This document shows positions 55,668-64,000 of a stretch of 64,000 nucleotides of DNA, piece after piece; the stretch's first letter is position 1, and every line of letters begins with the position of its first letter. The stretch lies in the NCBI GenBank assembly GCA_951406725.2, contig OX597837.1:15686001-15750000 (forward strand), given 5' to 3'. The notes below the pieces were generated by a model, which saw nothing but the letters and a program-made list of their open reading frames with translations, searched no databases and was not told the DNA's origin. This DNA is from Octopus vulgaris. Its lineage: Eukaryota. Made by a program: the position numbers and the translations under genes.

Positions 55668-57552
55668 GATGATGTTAGTGAATGTATTTGTTCATTGGTT
55701 TTAATGTCCATTTTTGTTGATGCCGGCATTGGTTGGACAGAAGTCTAGTTAAGCCGCCATTCAGTGGATGACCTTCATGTCATTAACCCTTATCTGTTTT
55801 TTTCAAATGAAGAAATTTTGTAATCCACTGGTCTTTGAAATTGCAGAGCAACTGGCTGCAATGTCATCAAATAACGAAAATATCACATCACCATTTTTTT
55901 AGTCTCAAGAACTGGTGAGAAAGGAAACTGAAGAATGTCAACATTCACATGTGCAAGCACACACAGGATGAGCTTTCATACCATTTCTGTCTACCAATGC
56001 AACTCACAAAGCATTGCTTAGCCCAGGGCTATAATGGAAGATATCTATCCAAGGGACTGTGCAATGGAACTAAACCAAAGACCATATCATCATCATCATT
56101 TAACATCCTCCTTCCATGACGGCATGGGTCAGATGGTTTGATGGGAGCTGGCAAGTCAGGGGATTTCACCAAGATTCACTGTCTGCTCAGGCCTTATTTC
56201 TACAGCTGGATGTCCTTTCTAATGCCAATCACTCTGCAAGGGGTGGACTGGGTGCTTTCTATGTGGCACCAGCAGCAGAAGCAGCAGTGGCGGCCCCAAG
56301 TAACTTGCAAGACAAAAAACCCTCAACTGGGAGGGGAGAGTAATATTGAAGGAGTTGACTTTGTGTCAGGAGAAGAGAGTATAGAGAAAGAGGGAGAGAG
56401 AATGGAGAGAAAGAGAGGGGGAGAGAATGAAAAGAAAGAGAGATGAGGAAATAGGGGAGGGGGGAAAGAAAGGAGAGGGAGGGGGAGAGTGCTCTTTAGT
56501 CGTCCTCAATGGGAAATACTAAAGAGTGATAACTCTGGTCAGATTCAAAGTCATAGCTTCAACCGAAAATGTTGGTCAAAAGGACCAGAAACATGTGTCT
56601 GAGAATCCACTAGAGGGAAGCACCAGGCAGATATGGTGTTTTTACACCTTTTACCAGAAGAGAGAAACTTGCTCAATGACAACAGTCACAAATTTGCCTT
56701 CAGAAGTTGAAATACGTTGCAAACATATTTTAACTAACCTGGAATTGATTTATTCTTCGTCACAGATTGGCACTGGTGCTGCTTTATATACATACACACA
56801 CACACACACATATATATATACATACACATACATAAATATATGTACATATACACACACATACATACATACATACATACACATACATATATATATATACAAA
56901 AATGTGTATATACATATAAAAATAATAATATATGTATACATATATACAATTTCATTTGTATATAGACATGTACATGGGTATGTGAGTATATATATATATG
57001 TATACATATATATATGTATGTATGTATGTTTATGTGTGTGTGTGTGGGTGTGTATGTATATGCATGTTGTGTATATAATGAATGGAATGAAGATAGGGAA
57101 ATAAGTGATGGAGGAAGATAATTGGCCAAGAAGAGAAATTTTAATAAGTATTCTTTATTCGGGTTTTGGTGCGTGTTGATTTTGCCGTTAATGAAATGTT
57201 TAATAAGCCAACGAAATTACAGAGAAGCCTTGGCAAATATGAGAGCCAATGTTTGGATTGCTTGCGTTTCTATGTCGGTAGCCATTGTTGGCTACACTGA
57301 AAGAGGAGAAGAGGCCGACAAGATGAAGAGGAAGGAGAGGAAGGAGACAAAGGAAGACACTTGAAGAGGAAAACAAAAGAAAAATATGAATAAATTGTTG
57401 AGATATTTGAATAAAAAATAAAGATTTGCATCTGGGTATTGTCATGATAGCTTTTTAAAATACACACACGTATATGTATATACACATAAACCCACACACA
57501 CATATATATATATATAGATTGATATATATATATACACACATTATATGTCCAT

Positions 57553-57785
57553 GTGGGAGTGTGTGGTTTAGTGGTCAGGGTGTTGCATCTAAGATTGTAA
57601 GATTGATGTTTCAATTCCTGGACCAGGCGATGCATTCTGTCCTTGAGCTAAACACTTCACTTCACGTTGCTCCAGTCCACTCAGCTGACAAAAGTGGTTA
57701 ACCCTGTCACAGACTGGCACCCCATCCAAGAGGGGAATATATACACCACAGAATCTGAGGAAGTGATATTTTTAGCCTATGACTT
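57553..57785 (+). mobile_element. SINE family E copy
   Basis: TGGTTTAGTGG A-box, TTTCAATTCC, and TGTCCTTGAGCTAAACACTTCACTTCACGTTGCTCCAGTCCACTCAGCTG. Confidence 0.7.
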
Positions 57786-57889
57786 GGGAAGGACACTTCA
57801 TCCTTTGACACATGTGTGAGAGTGTACATACATACATACATCGTCATCATCGTTTAGCATCCATTTTCCATGCTAGCATGGGTTGGACG

Positions 57890-57944
<55 letters not shown>

Positions 57945-58012
57945 TAGAGAGAGAGATAGATAGAGATAGATAGATGGAGAGAGAGAGAGACAGACAGACG
58001 TGTGTGTAGTGT

Positions 58013-58069
<57 letters not shown>

Positions 58070-58120
58070 GAGAGGAAGGAGCAAACTGCAACATATATGT
58101 ATACATGTGTGTGTATATAT

Positions 58121-58154
<34 letters not shown>

Positions 58155-58965
58155 CCTTTTGTGCATTCTATTGTCTGCGCTATTTCTTGTATGAATTTAT
58201 TTTTATATAATTTTTTTCTCTCGTCTTTTCTTAAGTGAAGGATTTGCTTCTTACCATTTATTTTGGTTCTTCAGTCAACATCAATAGTGTAAACATTTTC
58301 TCCATTAATTCTATTGATTCCCCCAAAAAACGAAAAACAATAAAACAAAAACCAAAAACTAAAAAAAAAACACAATATAAATACATAAAAATAAAAGCAA
58401 CAACAAACAACAATCTTACTTTACATAAGTAAAAGAAAGAAATACAAAGATAAAACACACCACCAATAACAACACCCTGACTCAGCAATAAATCTATAGA
58501 AATATAGAAAATTATCTTTAGTTGCTTTTGTTGTTTTTTGTTGTTGTTGCTTATTATTTTTATATTGTATGTTAGTTTTTGTTTTTTTATTGGTTGTTAC
58601 AAGATAAAAAAAATAAAAGTTTTTACATCGCTGAGGAGGAAAATATTCATGTCATTGTTTTTAAAGTATCATGTTGGGTTGCTTGCTATATATGGGGTTT
58701 TTTTTTATTGTTTTTATCATCCTGGGTTTGGTTATTTTTATCTTTTGCTGTTGTTCTTTTTATTTCCATTCCCTCCCCCCCGACCCACCCCCCACACGCC
58801 ACCTTTTAGCACAGCAGCCTTCGGAGATTGGCAAACATCGCGGATTTTTATAGTTGTTTGACATCGGATCCTACAGAATGGTAAATGTGCAGCACAGAAT
58901 TATGATGGACAGGCTGCATCCGCATCCGTGGATGCGTGCAATTATTTGAAACAATACATCCATGC

Positions 58966-59241
58966 AATGTGTAGCACAGCCATGACATGAGCAGTAGGTT
59001 CTCAGGGTAAATACAGAATATTCATGATATATGAGCAGTATGTTTATGATATATATGCAGAGTATAAATTATATGTATATTTATGAAATGTGTACAGTGT
59101 ATACACACACACATGTAATGTGTAGCATATCCATGACATGAGCAGTATGTTCTCATGATATGGGCAGTATATTCATGATATATATGCAGTGTATAAATTA
59201 TATGTATATTCATGGAATGCGTGCAGTGTATACACACACAC
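58966..59241. repeat. Imperfect tandem duplication (~130-150 bp period)
   Basis: AATGTGTAGCA..CCATGACATGAGCAGTA at 58966 and 59117. ATGATATATATGCAG..TATACACACACACA occurs twice. Confidence 0.8.
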
Positions 59242-59507
59242 ATATTTTTAAGTTCTTTATTTCTGTTTATTTATAAAATATATATATATATACACACACA
59301 CACCTTATTAATAAAGCTGCAAAGACATCGCAAAAACTGTTACTCAGAGTTGGATGGATGGATAGACAGATAGATAAATAGATAGATGTGTGTATATATC
59401 ATCATCATCACCATCATTTAATGTTTACCTTCCATGCTATCATGGGTTGACAAAAGCTGGCAAGCAGGAGGGCTAAGCCAAGCTCTCTTTTTTTCTCGCT
59501 CAATCTC

Positions 59508-59565
<58 letters not shown>

Positions 59566-59670
59566 CCGGAGTAAACACATAAATGTGAAACAAGGTGGAC
59601 AAAAGAGTACTCAAATACCAGTGGTAGAGTAATATGCTTTATTTAAAAGCAGCTGAAAATTCAACAAAAC

Positions 59671-59708
59671 CTGTTACTCTGAGTTTCACGTTCCTGTTCG
59701 TCGGACAG
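59671..59708 (-). ncRNA. Minimal type I hammerhead motif (U4C core variant)
   Basis: CTGT-CCGACGA-ACA GGAA CGT-GAAAC-TCAGA-GTA^ACAG. Confidence 0.7.
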
Positions 59709-59729
59709 TTTTTGCTAGAATAGCAAAAA

Positions 59730-59767
59730 CTGTCCGATGAACGGCAACGGGAAACTCAGAGTAACAG
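59730..59767 (+). ncRNA. Minimal type I hammerhead motif (U4C core variant)
   Basis: CTGT-CCGATGA-ACG GCAA CGG-GAAAC-TCAGA-GTA^ACAG. Stem I CUGU/ACAG is perfect. Confidence 0.7.
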
Positions 59768-59819
59768 GTTTTGTTGAATTTTCAGCTGCTTTTAAATAAA
59801 GTATATATATACAGGTATA

Positions 59820-59961
59820 GGTATGGTGGTGTGGTCAAGACGTTTACTTCCCAAACTCCATGGTTTCAGGTTCAATATGACTGCATGGCATCTTGGGGAA
59901 GTGGGTGTCTTTTATTATAAGCCATGAGAGTGGATTTGATAGAGAGAAACCGAAAGAAACC

Positions 59962-59996
<35 letters not shown>

Positions 59997-60117
59997 ACAG
60001 GCTTCCTTTAGTTGGCCTGAGGCTGTAGTAGAAAACACTGGCCCAAGGTGTCACGTAATGAGACTGAACCCAGAACCATGTGGTTGGGCAGCTTGCTTCT
60101 TACCACACAACCATGCC
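59820..60117. mobile_element. Two SINE family A heads in convergent inverted arrangement
   Basis: A plus-strand head at 59820-59962 and a minus-strand head at 59993-60117 are separated by (CA)n. Confidence 0.7.
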
Positions 60118-61448
60118 AGCCACCACATAGTCGTACACATCTGCAACGTTAGTTGAGCAATAATTAGAAATAATTTAAACGAGACATAAATATCCAAATC
60201 TAATTTTCTACCAAAGTTTTTATCGTGATTATTATTATTGTTATTATTATTATCATTTTTTTCAACCGAGAGTTTATAAAATTTTATCTAATTAAAAGAA
60301 TTAATGAAGAAAAACAAGACTATTCAACAAAAGCATATTTTCTAATATTGACCCAATCTTAAAATACAGAAAGCATTGAATTCTGAAAGTATTCCATTAT
60401 CAACTTTCTTAACACCACCACCACCACCACCACCACCACAAAGTACTACTACTACTACTGTTCCAACCACTACCACCACCACCAGTTTCAAGACTTGCAT
60501 CACCACCACTGTTGTGAACACCACAACTACCACCACCATGAACTACTACTACTACTACCACCACCACCACCACCACCACCACCACGAACAACAACAACAA
60601 CCATTACACTGCCACCACCAACACCACTGCTGCTACTACTACCAATTCTCCCCCGCACCACCTCCACCACCGCACCACCTCCACCACTGCCCCCCCCCAT
60701 CTTCCTGCTTCTTCTCCACCCCTCAAAGAATCGCTGCAAAGAAGCCTTGTCTCTCCAGAGTTACTACAATGCCACAATGTCATTTAGTTGAATTCTAATC
60801 ACCAATTATAGAAATTAACATTAAACTATATCCAATTTGCAGAATAATAGGATAAACTCAAAATTAGCAAATCAATACTTTCTGCAAATTTTCATATAAT
60901 CTAATATTATTTATTTATCATTAGATTGAAAATTATTAGGTTTTGTCTATTTTTTTTCTCCTTTCCAAGAATTTTTACCGTTGTTGTTTAACTTCAGGTT
61001 AGTCGAGCAGACAAACCTGAAACAAAATGGATTCAAGCTGTGACCATCCTGTCGTATTTCTATGTACAGGAAATCCAAAACCCATATTATAAAATGTGTC
61101 CTTTTCTAAAACATGTTAAGCAATCCAGCTGTGACCATCCAGGCTTGTTCTTAAGTATAGGGAATCCATGATCAAATTAATCCAATGTGTACTTTTCTAT
61201 AACATGAAAAGCACTCCAGCTGTGACCATCACATCTTATTTCCTAAAATAAAAAAAATGGTGTAATTTGAAGGAAATTTGGCTGCTATTTTTAGAAGGTT
61301 GAGTGACCACAAAGAGGCTTATTCATTGATTCATCATGAAGTTACCAATGGTGAAGCAGAGGTGAAAGCCCCCCCCCCCCCCCCCCCCAATAAATTGATA
61401 GGATTGAAAAAATTGAACAGTAACATATTACATTATTTAATTTTGACG

Positions 61449-61678
61449 GATATTTGTCCTCATCTTGTTTGTTGTTAACACAGCTTTTCGGCTGATGTAC
61501 CCTCCAGCCTTCATCAGGTGTCTTGGGGGAAATTTGGAACCTGAGTTCTCATTCCTAAGGTATTTTTCAATGTTATTATTATTCAGGTCACTGCCTGGAA
61601 TCGAACTAAAATTCACTCCATAATTGCCCGCAGACATATGGCGTACTGGTTAAGAGTGTGGACTACTAACTCCAAGAT
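61449..61678. mobile_element. tRNA-headed element with hammerhead motif (rearranged or collapsed palindrome)
   Basis: Minus strand has B-box GTTCGATTCC (61597-61606) upstream of the HHR motif at 61477-61522. Plus strand has A-box TGGCGTACTGG (61639) and a tRNA-Ser-like GTTAAGAGTGTGGACTACTAACTCCA. Confidence 0.6.
61477..61522 (-). ncRNA. Hammerhead motif with damaged stem III
   Basis: GACAC-CTGATGA-A-GGCTG..CAGCC-GAAA-AGCT-GTGTT. Stems I and II pair 5 bp each, but the cleavage triplet is degenerate. Confidence 0.6.
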
Positions 61679-62027
61679 ACTGATGCGAAATGCTGATGAC
61701 ACACAGACACACACACACGACAGACTTCTTTCAGTTTCTCTCTTCCAAATCCACTCACAAGACTTTGGTCAGCTGAGGCCATAGTAGAAGACACCTGACC
61801 AAAGTGCCCAGAACCATGTGGTTGGGAGACAAACTTTGTACCACAGAACCTTGCCTGCATATATATATATATACATATCATGAGCCTGGTGCTGCCATCT
61901 GCCTCACCAGTCAAACTGTCCAACCCATGCCAGCATGGAAAGCGGATGTTAAAATGATGATGATGATATATACATATACATGAGAAAGTGAGATGACAAA
62001 AGAATAAATGATGTCATGAACTCCATT

Positions 62028-62107
62028 AGCTTACAGCTGTTTCTGCTATATGATGCAGTGGACTTGTGGTTGAGTGTCTGAGTAACAGCTTATAGCTTCA
62101 TCAGAGC
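62028..62107 (-). ncRNA. Minimal type I hammerhead ribozyme, intact core
   Basis: GCT-CTGATGA-A GCTATA..TATAGC A-GAAAC-AGCT-GTA^AGC, with a 6-bp stem II (A.A closing mismatch) and palindromic stem III ACAGCTGT. Confidence 0.7.
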
Positions 62108-62991
62108 ATATGTATGTATTATATTATATGTACCGACACATACAATGGATTTCTCTACTGGATTCCACACACACACACACACTGGCACTGATTGACTTAA
62201 GCGTAAAGCAAGACACCCTTGCTCAGGGTGGCACAATCCAGCAGGGTCCCACATGACACCACACTGTGCCAAACAGAACCTCTTAACCACACAGCCAAAC
62301 CTATGCAAATCTACATGATATGAATGTTAATACAAACAGCAATGTAGGTTTATTGCAGAGAATTCCAGATTAGGAATTCGATGATAATCCAGCTTCCACT
62401 AATCGACTTCCTGGGATTTTATTTGTTCTTTTTCCAGACAACAAAATCAACTGCAAAACCATTCATGCCATTATAATACATTTCTTTGAAATGTCTTAAT
62501 CCAAGCAACTTAGATGGGATTAGCAGGTAATATAATCTGAAATCTATACAGCAAATGTCATCACCAAAGTGTCACGAGAAAGCTTATATGTGGCCACCCA
62601 ACCTGTTAGCAATAGCAGTCAAATCTCCCTCAAAATCACACCACAGTGTCTTAAAGAGAAGGAAACACTGTTCAGGGCTCCTTGCACTTTTATCTTGTTT
62701 CAGTCATTGGGTTGTGGCCATGCTGGAGCACTGTCTTGAATGACTGAGTCAAACAATTCAACCTCAATGCTTATTTTTTAAAGTCTGGTACTTACTTTAT
62801 CAACTCCTTTTTGCTGAGCTACTAAGTTACAGGGACAGAAACCAACTAACACCAGCATGGGTCAGCAATGGAAGGTGTACAATGCACCTCCTCAGGTGAC
62901 TGTTTTAAATAAGCCCTTTGTCAGGGCCCTACTGTCATTTCACTCAGCCTGACTATGCAGACCCAAAGCGATGTGTCCTTTTCAGTAGTTC

Positions 62992-63061
62992 ACAGACAAA
63001 ACTAAACCCATAAATACAGTGACAGACAAAACTAAACCCATAAATACAGTGACAGACAAAA
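62992..63061. repeat. 30-bp perfect tandem repeat x 2.3
   Basis: ACAGACAAAACTAAACCCATAAATACAGTG is repeated. Confidence 0.95.
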
Positions 63062-64000
63062 TGCAAAAAAAAAAAAAAGAAATGGACACAAAAGAGGGAG
63101 GGGAGGGGGTAGGCAGGTTGACAATAAATTACAATTCTGTCTTCATGGTCAGATTGTGAACGAAGAAAGTGTTAAAGAGAATGGAGAATAAAAGTAAGCA
63201 TTTAGAGATGATGAAACGATAAAGTGATGAAGACTGGTCATTTCAGTAGTTATTCAGAAACTGTTTCTTTATTTCTGTGAAGGATGTTTATATATATATA
63301 TATATATATATATAGAGGTTGCGTACGGATGAGGACAGTTGTGTGAAGTTTCTGTTTATCAAATACACTCAAAACGCATTGGTCTAGCCAGGGGCTGTAG
63401 TAGAAGACACTTGACCAAGGTGCCATGCAGTGGGACTGAACCCAGAACCATGAGGTTGGGAAGTGAGTTTCTTAACAGCCAAGGTAAAATGAAATAAGTG
63501 GGATGGCCCCATTTGGAATGCTTTTCGTCATTGGTCTATATGATGAGACGGTACCAGGATGGGGTGGGGGTAAAATCAAAGAATAAGAAAAGCAACAGAG
63601 CCATGAGCCAGCCAGAGTAGACTCCTTTGGTGGTTGCTTGATATGCTAGAAATAGCAGTCAGATCTACCTGAATTGAAACCAATGTGTTTGACAAGGATA
63701 GATATATTTGAATTATTCAGAGCCTCAGTACACCACCTCAAAAAAAAATATCCGTCACCCACCCCATTGAACCCCCCACCCAGAAAAAATACACGGTCAC
63801 GAATGAAAGAGCTTTGATCATATGTCTGCTCAAAGTTGACCTACAGTTATACAACATATATACTACAACACATACACATAGATACACACACACACACACA
63901 CACGTGCCTGTGTATGAGAGAGAAATGTGTGTGTGTGCATGTTTATATACACGTATATATATATATATATATATTTCAACTTGTTCCTGTGGTAGGTTTT

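Larger units (their letters stand above)
59564..59806. mobile_element. Palindromic element in (TA)n: 86-bp arms, GAA loop, hammerhead in each arm
   Basis: 59632-59717 versus 59721-59806 shows 5 mismatches in 86 bp. There is a ~65 bp unpaired left extension. Confidence 0.85.

Noticed and set aside
55108-55704. 198-aa ORF
   Set aside because: It runs through family D and SINE A copies and a (CA)n tract, so it is a chance open frame.
56557-56604. TGGTC-AAAAG-GACCA-GAAAC-ATGT-GTC resembling a hammerhead 3' half
   Set aside because: No CTGANGA precedes the stem. It may be a decayed copy but is unsupported.

Overview
This is AT-rich eukaryotic non-coding DNA with no credible host protein-coding gene. 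Nearly all listed ORFs are artefacts of (TA)n, (CA)n, (GA)n, (CATA)n and (CAC)n microsatellites. The repeat content resembles an octopod (Octopus-like) genome; this assignment is from recalled repeat families and is not verified. The window holds many copies of about five short interspersed repeat families, three of them tRNA-headed SINEs, plus fossils of CR1/L2, RTE and Penelope-like (PLE) retroelements. The main discovery is nine minimal type I hammerhead-ribozyme (HHR) motifs from at least six unrelated sequence families, all folded by eye only. Two families sit as mirror-image pairs in long palindromes inserted in (TA)n tracts (3514-3824 and 59632-59806). One decayed motif follows a PLE endonuclease-like C-terminus (40786-41208). 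One lies downstream of a tRNA-type B-box, suggesting a ribozyme-carrying SINE (61449-61678).
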